NCBI GenBank assembly: GCA_963766735.1
Contig: CAVYBU010000003.1
Span: 32,001-96,000 of the forward strand
Reading direction: 5' to 3'
Source: an uncultured Chloroflexia bacterium
GTDB taxonomy: Bacteria > Chloroflexota > Limnocylindria > Limnocylindrales > CSP1-4
DNA length: 64,000 bases
How positions within the stretch are numbered: position 1 is the stretch's first letter; each line of letters starts with the position of its first letter. Shown here one piece after another: positions 12,869-22,368 of the stretch. The position numbers and the translations under genes were made by a program. The notes under the pieces are model-generated. The model was not told where the DNA came from and ran no database searches. It saw only the letters and a program-made list of their open reading frames with translations.

Positions 12869-13608
12869 CCCCGGATGGTCCCGGCGAGCCCGTCATCCCC
12901 GACGCCGCCGCGGCGGACGTGCCCTCCGCCGCGGATGCCAGGTCGGCGCTCGTCGAAGCCTCACCCAGGGACCTGACCCAGCCCATCGTCGTCCCAAACA
13001 CCCTCTGGACCTCGATCCGGTCGGACGCGTACCGCTCCGAGGCGCCGGCATTCACGCACCTGCGCGAGCTTGAGGGGTCGGACCTCGTTCTCTCCGACAC
13101 CGCCCGCTGGGGCCAGCTGGAGGTGATCCCCACCAAGGCCGACCTCGTCGTGGACCTGATCCGGATGAACAGTCTCTGGCCGCTGCTCTCGGGCCTCGCC
13201 TGCTGCGCGATCGAGATGATGTCCGCGGCCACGTCCAAGAACGACATGGACCGCTGGGGCATGTTCCCGTTCCGTGCCTCTCCGCGCCAGGCCGACGTCC
13301 TGATCGTCGCCGGCACCCTGACCACCAAGATGGCCGGCCCGCTCATCCGGCTCTGGGAGCAGATGCCGGAGCCCAAGTGGTGCGTCGCGATGGGCGACTG
13401 CACCTGCTCCGGGGGCCGCTACAAGCGCAGCTACTCCACCATCGAGGGCATCGACCGTGTCATGCCCGTGGACGTCTACGTGCCGGGCTGTCCGCCGCGG
13501 CCGGAAGGCCTGATCTACGGGATGATGAAGCTCGGCCAGCTGGTCAAGGAACAGCGCGGCCACTGGCCCGAGCGCAAGATCGGCCCGAACGTGCCGACGG
13601 ACGTCTAG
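12859..13608 (+). CDS. nuoB: NADH-quinone oxidoreductase subunit B
   Basis: [37 protein letters not shown] (N2 ligands intact). Confidence 0.95.
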   Translation: MALTPDGPGEPVIPDAAAADVPSAADARSALVEASPRDLTQPIVVPNTLWTSIRSDAYRSEAPAFTHLRELEGSDLVLSDTARWGQLEVIPTKADLVVDLIRMNSLWPLLSGLACCAIEMMSAATSKNDMDRWGMFPFRASPRQADVLIVAGTLTTKMAGPLIRLWEQMPEPKWCVAMGDCTCSGGRYKRSYSTIEGIDRVMPVDVYVPGCPPRPEGLIYGMMKLGQLVKEQRGHWPERKIGPNVPTDV

Positions 13609-13611
13609 GCG

Positions 13612-14160
13612 ATGGACCGCTCGCTCCGCATCCTGCTCGAGGCCCGCTTTGCGGACAGGCTGACCGGTCCCGTCCGACAGCGCCACGACACCACCGAGAT
13701 CCGGATCCGCCCGGCGGACGTGATCGAGGTACTGCGCACGCTCCACGATGACCCGGATCTGGAGTTCGTCGTCCTCGCGGACCTGTGCGGCGTGGACACC
13801 GGGACGCACATGCAGGTCGTGTACCACCTGTGGTCGATGAAGACGCCGGACTGGCTCCGCATCGTGGCGGACGGCATGCCCCGGGATGACCCGCGCTGTC
13901 CCTCGCTCACCGGCCTGTGGCCCGGCGCCGAGTGGATGGAACGCGAGACGTACGACATGTTCGGGATCATCTTCGAAGGCAACCGGGACCTCCGGCGCAT
14001 CTACATGCCGCCCGACTACACGAGCTTCCCGCTGCGGAAGGACTTCTACCTGGCCGATGACGCCGCCCGCTCCCCGGGTGGCGGCGTGCGCCACATGGAA
14101 CAGACCCAGGCGCCGAACCAGGCGACGCCGGGCGTGCTCCGCCGGACCATGAAGGCCTGA
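13612..14160 (+). CDS. nuoC: NADH-quinone oxidoreductase subunit C
   Basis: DLCGVD, WMERETYDMFGIIFEG, FPLRKDF. Confidence 0.93.
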   Translation: MDRSLRILLEARFADRLTGPVRQRHDTTEIRIRPADVIEVLRTLHDDPDLEFVVLADLCGVDTGTHMQVVYHLWSMKTPDWLRIVADGMPRDDPRCPSLTGLWPGAEWMERETYDMFGIIFEGNRDLRRIYMPPDYTSFPLRKDFYLADDAARSPGGGVRHMEQTQAPNQATPGVLRRTMKA

Positions 14161-14162
14161 CG

Positions 14163-15398
14163 ATGACAACCGCCAAGCCCCACCAGCACCCCTCCCTCGA
14201 TGATCCCCGGATCCTGCTCGACGACCAGATCGGGCAGTTCGAGGCCGTCCCGCCGTACCCGCCGCGCACCGAGCGCGAGGCCGAGTTCTACACCCTCCGC
14301 GACGGCGAGATGTTCGTCAACATGGGGCCGCAGCACCCGTCCACGCACGGCGTGCTCCGCGTCGTGCTCAAGATCAACGGCGAGCGCGTCGTGGACCTGG
14401 ACCCGGTCCTCGGCTACCTCCACCGCGGGGTGGAGAAGCTGTGCGAGAACTCGGACTACCACCACATCATCAGCCAGGTCGATCCGCTGGAGTACGTGAG
14501 CTCGCTGTTCATGGAGTGGTCGCCGGTAATGGCGTTCGAGAAGCTCCTTGACGTCGAGGTCCCGCGCCGCGCCGAGTACATCCGCGTGCTCACCGGGGAG
14601 CTCCTCCGCGTGTCGAGCCACGCGCTGTTCCAGGGCTGGATGGCGCTGGACCTGGGCGGTCTCGCCCCGATCCTGTACAGCTTCATCGAGCGCGACGAGA
14701 TCGTGGAGATGCTGGCTGCGGTCACTGGCCAGCGGATGCTGTTCAACTACTTCCGGATCGGCGGCGTCAACGGGGACCTGAACCACGAGTTCATGTCCCG
14801 CCTCGGCGACTGGATGAGCCGCGCCACCAAGCAGGTCGAGGCGAACATCGGCCTGCTCAACGAGAACGAGATCTTCGTCCGCCGCATGCGCGGCATCGGC
14901 GTCCTGGACGGGGCAACTGCCCTCCGGATGGGCGCCAGCGGCCCCAACCTGCGGGCTTCGGGCGTCGCGTTCGACGTCCGCCGGGCGCACCCGTACTCCA
15001 TCTATCCGGAGCTCGAGTTCGACATCCCGACCCGGGGCGTCGAGCGAGGCGGGGACAGCCTGGACCGCTACCTGCTGCGCCAGGACGAGATCCGTCAGAG
15101 CCTGCGGATCATCGACCAGTGCCTGCACAACATGCCGGACGGTCCGGTCATGGCCCGTCTCCCGCGCCTGCTGCGCCCGCGCCCGGGTCGCGCCTGGGCG
15201 GCGGTCGAGGCTCCGCGCGGGCTGTACGGCACATACGCCATCTCGGATGGCACGGACCAGCCCTTCCGCATGAAGATCCACGACCCGTCATTCGTGCATC
15301 TGCAGCTCGTGGGGCTGCTCATGAAGGACAACCTGATCGCGGACACGATGGCCGTGATGGCGTCCCTGGATCCGGTCATGGGCGGGATCGACAAGTGA
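14163..15398 (+). CDS. nuoD: NADH-quinone oxidoreductase subunit D
   Basis: NMGPQHPSTHGVLR, GYLHRGVEK, EAPRG; no Ni-binding CxxC pairs. Confidence 0.95.
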   Translation: MTTAKPHQHPSLDDPRILLDDQIGQFEAVPPYPPRTEREAEFYTLRDGEMFVNMGPQHPSTHGVLRVVLKINGERVVDLDPVLGYLHRGVEKLCENSDYHHIISQVDPLEYVSSLFMEWSPVMAFEKLLDVEVPRRAEYIRVLTGELLRVSSHALFQGWMALDLGGLAPILYSFIERDEIVEMLAAVTGQRMLFNYFRIGGVNGDLNHEFMSRLGDWMSRATKQVEANIGLLNENEIFVRRMRGIGVLDGATALRMGASGPNLRASGVAFDVRRAHPYSIYPELEFDIPTRGVERGGDSLDRYLLRQDEIRQSLRIIDQCLHNMPDGPVMARLPRLLRPRPGRAWAAVEAPRGLYGTYAISDGTDQPFRMKIHDPSFVHLQLVGLLMKDNLIADTMAVMASLDPVMGGIDK

Positions 15399-15462
15399 CG
15401 CCCACCAAACGACGACCGATCCCCGCGCCCGAGCGCGATCGGCGCCGGCTGAGGTTCGTGCG

Positions 15463-16803
15463 ATGACAACGCCCAACCGCACCTGGGGCCACCTCACCCC
15501 CGCCGGGAAGGTGCTGATCCCCCTGCTGTTCCTGCTCCTGGTTGTGGCGCCGGTCCTGACGATCCTGCTGGTCACCATCGTCGTCCCGTGGCTGATCGAC
15601 GTGCTCAACTCGAATCTGGGCATCGTCCGGTTCGTGGTCGCGATCGGCGGGGTCCTGCTGTTCAGCATCCCGGCCGCATTCATCATCATCTACATGGAGC
15701 TGAAGGTCATCGCCTTCATGAACCTCCGGGTCGGGCCCAACCGCATCGGTCCGGGCGGGGCGCTCATGTCGGTGGTCCACGGCCTCAAGGTCCTCACCAA
15801 GGAGGACTTCACTCCCACCGGCGCGGACCGGATCGTGTTCACCTGGGCTCCGGTGATCGTGTTCCTCACCGCGGTGATGACCTTCCTCGTCATCCCGTTC
15901 GGGCCCGGCCTGGTGGGCCAGGACCTCAACATCGGCCTCCTGTACCTGTTCGCTGTCGGCGGCATGTCGGTGATCGGGCTGATGCTCGCCGGCTGGGCCA
16001 GCTTCAACAAGTACTCGCTGCTGGGCGGCCTCCGGGCCGCGGCCCAGATGGTCAGCTACGAGATCCCGCTCACGCTCTCCGTGGTCGGCCTGATCCTGCT
16101 GGCCGGGACCATGAGCCTGAACCAGATCGCGGAGGCCCAGGCCGGCTGGTTCACGGACTGGTACGTCTTCCGCCAGCCGCTGGGTGCCCTCATCTTCTTC
16201 ATCGCCGCCACCGCCGAGGCCAACCGGACGCCGTTCGACATGGCCGAGGCGGACAGCGAGATCGTGGCGGGGTTCGCCACCGAGTATTCGGGGATGCGCT
16301 TCGGCTTCCTGTTCTTCGCCGAGTACGTGAACGTGTTCATCATCTCGGCGCTGATGGTCACGCTGTTCTTCGGCAGCTGGAACGCCCCGTTCCCGTTCCC
16401 GGAGATCACGCTGGCGCTGGACCCGGGCTCGCTGGGCATCGGCCTGCCGATCCTGCTGCTGGCGGTGCCGGTCGTGCTCACCCTGGTGTTTGCCGCGCCG
16501 TTCTACCTCGCCCGGAGCTCCAGGCCGGCCTGGCAGGCCCTGCTCCTCGGCTTCGTGGCGTTCAACCTGGTCGGCTTCGCCGCCCTGGGCCTGCTGGCCT
16601 ACATCGGCTGGCCGTGGCTGGCCGGTCTCGTCTGGTTCATGCTCAAGTCGTTCGGCTTCGTCTACGTGTTCGTGTGGATGCGCGGCACCTTCCCCCGCGT
16701 GCGCATCGACCAGCTGATGGGGTTCGCCTGGAAGTGGCTCCTGCCCGCCGCCCTCCTGAACCTCTTCGTCACGGCCGCAGCCATCATCATCGTGAAGTCG
16801 TGA
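15463..16803 (+). CDS. nuoH: NADH-quinone oxidoreductase subunit H (extended, 446 aa)
   Basis: RVGPNRIG, KYSLLGGLRAAAQMVSYE, AEANRTPFDMAEADSEIVAGFATEYSG, PRVRIDQLM. Confidence 0.93.
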   Translation: MTTPNRTWGHLTPAGKVLIPLLFLLLVVAPVLTILLVTIVVPWLIDVLNSNLGIVRFVVAIGGVLLFSIPAAFIIIYMELKVIAFMNLRVGPNRIGPGGALMSVVHGLKVLTKEDFTPTGADRIVFTWAPVIVFLTAVMTFLVIPFGPGLVGQDLNIGLLYLFAVGGMSVIGLMLAGWASFNKYSLLGGLRAAAQMVSYEIPLTLSVVGLILLAGTMSLNQIAEAQAGWFTDWYVFRQPLGALIFFIAATAEANRTPFDMAEADSEIVAGFATEYSGMRFGFLFFAEYVNVFIISALMVTLFFGSWNAPFPFPEITLALDPGSLGIGLPILLLAVPVVLTLVFAAPFYLARSSRPAWQALLLGFVAFNLVGFAALGLLAYIGWPWLAGLVWFMLKSFGFVYVFVWMRGTFPRVRIDQLMGFAWKWLLPAALLNLFVTAAAIIIVKS

Positions 16804-16810
16804 GCACCCC

Positions 16811-17476
16811 ATGAGCTTCATCCCCGGCATCGGCCTCGTCCGCGGCATGGGCCTGACCCTGCGCCGGTTCTTCCAGCCCAAGGCAACCATCCAGTGGCCG
16901 GAACAGAAGGCCGACGTCGCTCCCAAGTTCCGCGGTCGTCTCCAGCTGCTGTACGACGAGTACGGCTCGCTCAAGTGCGAGACGTGCTTCCAGTGCGCCC
17001 AGGCCTGCCCGATCGAGTGCATCGACATGGGTGGCATGGACACCAAGGGCCGCTTCCACGTCCACTGGGGCCCGTCCGAGACGTACTCCGAGCGGCGAGA
17101 GGAGTCCGCACTCCGCCGGTCCGGCCGCCCGGTGGCAGACCCGGCGTTCGCCAGCTTCGAGGCCCTGGACGTCGCCGCCGTGGACGAGATCCTCGAGGCC
17201 CACGACTACGACCCCGGAGACCTGCTGGCGATCCTCGAGGAGACGCAGGCGGCCTACGGGTATCTCCCTGTCGCGGCGCTCAAGCACATCTCGCGGATCA
17301 CCGGGGCGTGGTACGCCACGATCTACGGCGCCGCCACCTCGTACCGCCACCTCCGGTTCGAGCCGCCTGCGGTCGCTTCGGCCGCGCCGGCGGGCGAGGG
17401 CCAGCGGGTGCAGGAGGCCGGCTACCGCTCCGCGCTGGACGCGGCGCTGGGCTACGGCGGGGAGCGCCCGAACTGA
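16811..17476 (+). CDS. Fusion of NuoI N-terminal half (one CxxCxxCxxxCP) and NuoE-like N-terminal helical domain lacking [2Fe-2S] cysteines
   Basis: GMGLTLRRFF..TIQWPE..FRGR..CETCFQCAQACP, then LLAILEETQAAYGYLP..IYGAATSY; TGA follows with no further Cys. Confidence 0.88.
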   Translation: MSFIPGIGLVRGMGLTLRRFFQPKATIQWPEQKADVAPKFRGRLQLLYDEYGSLKCETCFQCAQACPIECIDMGGMDTKGRFHVHWGPSETYSERREESALRRSGRPVADPAFASFEALDVAAVDEILEAHDYDPGDLLAILEETQAAYGYLPVAALKHISRITGAWYATIYGAATSYRHLRFEPPAVASAAPAGEGQRVQEAGYRSALDAALGYGGERPN

Positions 17477-18834
17477 TGAGCACCTTCCTCACGGTCCCCA
17501 AGGATTGGCCGCTCGTCATCACCGGACGCGCAGGGGCCATCGCAGCGGATCCCGCGGACCTGGACGCGGCCGTCGCCGCGGGCGCGTTCGAGGCGCTCCG
17601 CGTGGTCGTCCGTGACCTGGGCGCTACCGGCACCATCGCCACGATCGCCGCCTCGGGCCTGCGCGGACGCGGCGGCGCGGGCCTCCCCACCGGTGAGAAG
17701 TGGCGCGCCGCAGCCGCGCACGAGGCGGACCAGCGCTACGTGGTCGCCAACGCCTACGACGCGGACCCGGGTGTCCAGATCGGAAGCGCGCTGCTGGCGG
17801 CAGACCCCTGGGTCGTCATCGAGGGCCTCGTGATCGCCGCGTTCACCGCCGGTGCCACGGAGGCGATCCTCGCCCTCCGGGCGGATGACACGGCCCTGGT
17901 CACGATGCTCGAGGGCGCCGTCCTCGCGGCGGGGGAGGCCGGGTTCCTCGGCGACGACGTCATGGGCTCCGGCCACCGCGTCACCGTCACGGTCAGGCCG
18001 GTGCAGGGCGCCTACATGCTGGGCGAGGAGACCGTCCTGCTCAGGGCTCTCGAGGGCAAGCGAGGCCAGCCCGAGCAGCAGCCGCCGTATCCCACCGAAC
18101 GCGGCCTGTGGGACAAGCCCACCGTCGTCAACAACGTCCAGACCCTGGCCGCCGTGCCCTGGATCATCCGCGAGGGCGCGGACCGCTTCGCCGCGATCGG
18201 CGGCGGGAACGGCCAGACAGGCGGGACATCCACCGGAACCGCCCTGGTCCAGCTCCGCGGTCCCGAGGGTGCGGGCATCGCCGAGGTGCCCCTGGGCACG
18301 TCTCTGCGGACCCTGGTGGATCTCGCGGGCGGCAGCGGCACACGACCGCTCAAGGCGCTCCTGGTCGGCGGGCCCACCGGAGGCATCCTGCCCGCGGACC
18401 TCCTGGACACCCCGTACGACTTCGACCCGCTCCGCGATGCCGGCGCCCACATCGGATCCGGTTCCGTGGTGATCGCGGACGAGCGGGCGTGCGTCGTGGA
18501 TCTCGCCCGGCTCCTCACCCGCTTCGCCGCCGACCAGGCGTGCGGCAAGACGATCCCCTGCCGGATCGGCCTGCGCCGTCTCTCGGAGATCGGCGACCGC
18601 ATCGCCGAGGGCCATCCCCGGCCGACGGATCCGGCGCTCATCGGGGACCTCGCCCACGACATCGCGGCGAGCGCCCTGTGCGACCACGAGCGCCTTGCCG
18701 TCCTGCCGCTCACCAGCGTGATGCGATACTTCCGTCCCGAGATCGACGACCACCTCCTCCGCTCCACCTGTCCCGCCGGCGTCTGCGCGCCGATTGCGGT
18801 GGCGGCGGGCGCAGCGACACCAGGACCCCGCTGA
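17476..18834 (+). CDS. NuoF/HydB-like flavoprotein with degenerate motifs
   Basis: GLRGRGGAG.PTGEKW, GAYMLGEET, PTVVNNVQTL, GGPTGG, CGKTIPC, CPAGVC; TGATG coupling. Confidence 0.88.
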   Translation: MSTFLTVPKDWPLVITGRAGAIAADPADLDAAVAAGAFEALRVVVRDLGATGTIATIAASGLRGRGGAGLPTGEKWRAAAAHEADQRYVVANAYDADPGVQIGSALLAADPWVVIEGLVIAAFTAGATEAILALRADDTALVTMLEGAVLAAGEAGFLGDDVMGSGHRVTVTVRPVQGAYMLGEETVLLRALEGKRGQPEQQPPYPTERGLWDKPTVVNNVQTLAAVPWIIREGADRFAAIGGGNGQTGGTSTGTALVQLRGPEGAGIAEVPLGTSLRTLVDLAGGSGTRPLKALLVGGPTGGILPADLLDTPYDFDPLRDAGAHIGSGSVVIADERACVVDLARLLTRFAADQACGKTIPCRIGLRRLSEIGDRIAEGHPRPTDPALIGDLAHDIAASALCDHERLAVLPLTSVMRYFRPEIDDHLLRSTCPAGVCAPIAVAAGAATPGPR

Positions 18835-21491
18835 TGGCCGACCTCATCGTGCGCCCCGACAGCCCCGTCCAGAGCCGGGTCGAGTCACGCCCGGACACGC
18901 CCGCAGTCCTCGACACGGTCACGGCGCGGGATGACTCCCTCGCCGAGCGGCTGATCACCACCCAGTCACCGCAGCGCCCGCAGAGCACGCCACGTATCCG
19001 CCTGGAGGTGGACGGGCGCCTGATCGAGGGCTTCGAAGGCCAGACGATCCTCGAGGTCTGCCGCGACAACGGGATCGAGATCCCCACCCTCTGCTACGAA
19101 CCCAAGCTGCCGGGCTTCGGCGCCTGCCGGATGTGCGTGGTCGAGGTGGAGGGCGAGGACGCCCCGCCGATCTCCTGCTCGCGCGAGGCCGAGGCGGACA
19201 TGGTTGTCCGCACCCAGACGGACGAGTTGCGCCGGATCCGGCGGACCAACCTCGAGTTGATCTTCTCGGACCACAACGCGTACTGCCTGCCGCCGTGCCA
19301 GAACAAGTGCCCCAGCCACATCGACATCCCGGGCTTCCTGAAGGCCAACGCGGAGGCCAACTGGACCGAGTCCGTGCGCACCTTCAAGCGCACGATCCCG
19401 TTCCCCAGCATCCTGGGACGCGTCTGCCCCGCCCCCTGCGAGGAGCACTGCCGACGGGACGAGGTGGACGAGGCGATCGCCATCCGGGACAGCCACCGCT
19501 ACGCCGGCGACCAGGTCCTGCGGGCCATGCTTGACGAGGGCATCGACCCACCGCTCCCGTTCGAGAAGCAGGCCCCATCCGGGCGCCGGGCGGCTGTCAT
19601 CGGCTCGGGACCGGCCGGCATGAGCGCAGCGTTCTACCTGCTGCTGGCCGGCCACGACGTGACGATCTTCGAGCGGGACCCCGCACCCGGCGGCATGCTC
19701 CGGTACGGCATCCCGCAGTACCGGCTGCCCAAGGTCGAGGTCCTCGAGGCCGAGTACGAGTCGGTGACCCGCCTGGGCGGCAGGATGGTCTGCAACCAGG
19801 AGCTGGGCAGGGACTTCACGCTGGACGACCTGCAGAACCAGGGCTTCGATGCCGTCCTGGTTGCCATCGGCTGCTACGACACCAACAAGCTCGGCATCCC
19901 CGACGAGGACGCCGACGGCGTCATCGACGGCCTCGACTACCTGCGCACGGCCACGCTGGGCCTGGAGTACCCGGGCCACGCCGCCGCGCGCATCGTGGTC
20001 GTGGGCGGCGGCTTCTCCGCGATGGACTGCGTCCGCACCTCCGTCCGCCAGGGCTCGAAGGACGTCACGCTCGTCTACCGCCGCGACATGAAGGACATGC
20101 CGGCCGCCTCCGAGGTCCACGAGGCCATCGAGGAGGGTGTCACCACCATCTTCCAGGCCGGTCCCACGCGTGTCGTCAAGGACGCGAACACGGGCAAGGT
20201 CACCGGCATCGAGTTCATCCGCATGAAGCTCGGTGAGCCCGACGCGTCAGGGCGGCGACGCCCGGAGCCCGCTCCCGATACCGAGTTCATCATCCCCTGC
20301 GACCGCGTGCTGCTGGCCATCGGCCAGGGCCCGGACCTGCGCTGGTTCGGCGCCGGCAACGACGGCGTCACCGCGAACCGCCAGCGCCGCCTCAAGGCCG
20401 ACGCCGTCACGTTCGAGACGGACCGGCCCGGCGTGTTCGCAGCCGGAGACGTCCGGATCGGCGCCGCGACGGTCGTCCAGGCCATCGCCGAGGGCCGCCG
20501 CTCCGCCTACGCCGTGGACGCATACCTGCGCGGCAACGACCTGGCCGCCATCCGGACCCGGCAGACACTCGCCGAGCCGCAACCCGAGTTCCTCTCGATC
20601 GTGCCGTTCACCGGCGAGGTCAAGGAACCGCGCTACCGCCTCCGGGCCCTGGAGCCCGAGGCCCGCAGCGACAGCTACCTCGAGTACGAGATCCCGTACA
20701 CCCGGGACGAGGCCGTCGCGGAGTCCACCCGCTGCCTCCAGTGCACCTGCGAGGCGATCGGCTTCTGCGACCTGCGCCGGCTGGGCATCGAGTACGGCAC
20801 CACCCTGAAGACGCTCGAGAAGGGCTTCCACCAGGGTGCCGGATACCGCTCCGTCACCGAGAACCGGTTCACGGGGCTGAACCACGACTACGTCCGGGAC
20901 GACAGCCACGCGTTCATCCTGCGGGAGCCCGCCCGGTGCATCGACTGCGGCCGCTGCGCCAACGTCTGCGCCGAGGTGGTCGGCGCTGCCTGCTACGACT
21001 TCATGCGGATCGGCTTCGACACCCTGGTGACCACGCCGCTCGACATGAGCCTCAACGACACGCCGTGCGTGTCCTGCGGCCGCTGCGCGGAGACGTGCCC
21101 GACGGGGGCGCTGATGCCCAAGCCCCGGATCCTGCAGAAGTACGAGGTCGACGAGAGCCGCTGCATCCTGTGCGGCATCTGCGTCGACGCCTGCCCCTAC
21201 GACGCCGTCCGCGACAGCGACCAGTTCGAGCTCAGCCACACGTCCCGCGAGGAGCCGTCCATCGATCTCCTCGCGCTGGCCGCGGTCGAGCGCGAGACGG
21301 AGATGAGCTACATCCGCCGCGAGCGCGACTGGGCGGAGCGAGCCCGGGCCGAGGGACGCGTCCTCGACCGGTCCCGGCTCCTGCCCGTGCTCCCCGCCTC
21401 ACTCGCCAATGGGAACGGGAACGGGAACGGGCACCAGGATGCGCCCGCGAACGACCCGGCCAAGTCCATCAACGCTGAGAGGGACGCGTGA
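18834..21491 (+). CDS. 885-aa multidomain Fe-S flavoprotein: NuoG-like N-terminus, GltD/NfnB-like FAD/NAD(P)H domain, 2x[4Fe-4S], NuoI C-terminal half
   Basis: IPTLCY..GACRMCVVE..ISC; PCQNKCP..GRVCPAPCEEHCRR; GSGPAG; GGGFSAMD..VYRR; CIDCGRC/CVSCGRCAETCP; YEVDESRCILCGICVDACPYDA..FELSHTSREE. Confidence 0.88.
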   Translation: MADLIVRPDSPVQSRVESRPDTPAVLDTVTARDDSLAERLITTQSPQRPQSTPRIRLEVDGRLIEGFEGQTILEVCRDNGIEIPTLCYEPKLPGFGACRMCVVEVEGEDAPPISCSREAEADMVVRTQTDELRRIRRTNLELIFSDHNAYCLPPCQNKCPSHIDIPGFLKANAEANWTESVRTFKRTIPFPSILGRVCPAPCEEHCRRDEVDEAIAIRDSHRYAGDQVLRAMLDEGIDPPLPFEKQAPSGRRAAVIGSGPAGMSAAFYLLLAGHDVTIFERDPAPGGMLRYGIPQYRLPKVEVLEAEYESVTRLGGRMVCNQELGRDFTLDDLQNQGFDAVLVAIGCYDTNKLGIPDEDADGVIDGLDYLRTATLGLEYPGHAAARIVVVGGGFSAMDCVRTSVRQGSKDVTLVYRRDMKDMPAASEVHEAIEEGVTTIFQAGPTRVVKDANTGKVTGIEFIRMKLGEPDASGRRRPEPAPDTEFIIPCDRVLLAIGQGPDLRWFGAGNDGVTANRQRRLKADAVTFETDRPGVFAAGDVRIGAATVVQAIAEGRRSAYAVDAYLRGNDLAAIRTRQTLAEPQPEFLSIVPFTGEVKEPRYRLRALEPEARSDSYLEYEIPYTRDEAVAESTRCLQCTCEAIGFCDLRRLGIEYGTTLKTLEKGFHQGAGYRSVTENRFTGLNHDYVRDDSHAFILREPARCIDCGRCANVCAEVVGAACYDFMRIGFDTLVTTPLDMSLNDTPCVSCGRCAETCPTGALMPKPRILQKYEVDESRCILCGICVDACPYDAVRDSDQFELSHTSREEPSIDLLALAAVERETEMSYIRRERDWAERARAEGRVLDRSRLLPVLPASLANGNGNGNGHQDAPANDPAKSINAERDA

Positions 21492-22024
21492 CGCTGCCGG
21501 AGACGATCCCGCTGCTCGGGTTCGGGTGGGATGACCTGCTGTTCATGATTCTGGCCGGGATCATGGTCGGGTCGGCGCTGCTGGTCGTGACCATGAAGGA
21601 CATCATCCGCTGCGGCCTGGCGATGATCGTGTGCTTCGCGGCACTCGCGGGGCTGTACGTGTTCGCGGGCGCACCACTGGTCGCCGGTGCCCAGGTGCTG
21701 GTCTACATCGGTGCCATCAGCGTCCTTGTCCTGTTCGCGATCATGCTGACCCAGACGAAGGCCGGTCCCGCAGCGCTCGTGTTCCAGACGCAGGCCATCC
21801 CGGCCGCGATCGCGGCCGTGGTGCTGGCGCTGCTGATCGCCGTCTCAGTTGCGTCCACCGACTGGCCGGAGGCCGGCGCCCGGATCTGGACGGACACGAC
21901 CGCGATGGCGACGACGCTGTTCGCGGACTTCACGCTCCCGTTCGAGGTCGTGAGCGTGCTGCTCCTGGCCGCGGTCGTCGGTGCCGTGTACATCGCCAGG
22001 CGCGAGCCGGGAGGGAGCGACTGA
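21488..22024 (+). CDS. nuoJ: NADH-quinone oxidoreductase subunit J
   Basis: QVLVYIGAISVLVLFAIML, LPFEVVSVLLLAAVVGA. Confidence 0.93.
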   Translation: MTLPETIPLLGFGWDDLLFMILAGIMVGSALLVVTMKDIIRCGLAMIVCFAALAGLYVFAGAPLVAGAQVLVYIGAISVLVLFAIMLTQTKAGPAALVFQTQAIPAAIAAVVLALLIAVSVASTDWPEAGARIWTDTTAMATTLFADFTLPFEVVSVLLLAAVVGAVYIARREPGGSD

Positions 22025-22356
22025 TGTTCTCCTTCCTCGACAACGTCTCGCAGAGCCTGGACGCCTACCTGGTCCTGGCCGGCCTGCTGTTCGCCATCGG
22101 CGCGTTCGGCTTCCTGGCCCGCCGGAACGCGATCAGCATGCTGATGTCCATCGAGCTGATGCTCAACGCGGTGAACCTCTCGATCATCGCGTTCGGGGCA
22201 TTCACCACCTCGCTGCGCGAGAGCGCCTCCGTGATCGCGCTGATCGTCATTGCGGCCGCGGCGGCCGAGGCGACGATCGGCCTGGCGATCGTGATCGCGA
22301 TCTACCGCAACCGGAAGACGCCGCTCGTCGACGAGTACGACGCGATGCGGCAGTAG
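22024..22356 (+). CDS. nuoK: NADH-quinone oxidoreductase subunit K
   Basis: RRNAISMLMSIELMLNAVNL, AAAEATIGLAIVIAIYR. Confidence 0.94.
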   Translation: MFSFLDNVSQSLDAYLVLAGLLFAIGAFGFLARRNAISMLMSIELMLNAVNLSIIAFGAFTTSLRESASVIALIVIAAAAAEATIGLAIVIAIYRNRKTPLVDEYDAMRQ

Positions 22357-22368
22357 GCGGCGATCACG

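Noticed and set aside
17474-17476. TGA ending the NuoI/E fusion as selenocysteine or a frameshift hiding the NuoE Cys domain
   Set aside because: No NuoE cysteine motifs were seen in nearby frames, and the TGA overlaps the next ATG as a normal coupling
21410-21432. (GGGAAC)3 microrepeat
   Set aside because: Encodes an in-frame GNGNGN low-complexity tail; a unit of 6 cannot shift frame
12859-21491. Reading the locus as a group 4 [NiFe]-hydrogenase, [FeFe]-hydrogenase or formate dehydrogenase
   Set aside because: NuoD lacks Ni-binding CxxC pairs and keeps quinone-site motifs; the 885-aa protein has no H-cluster or molybdopterin domain
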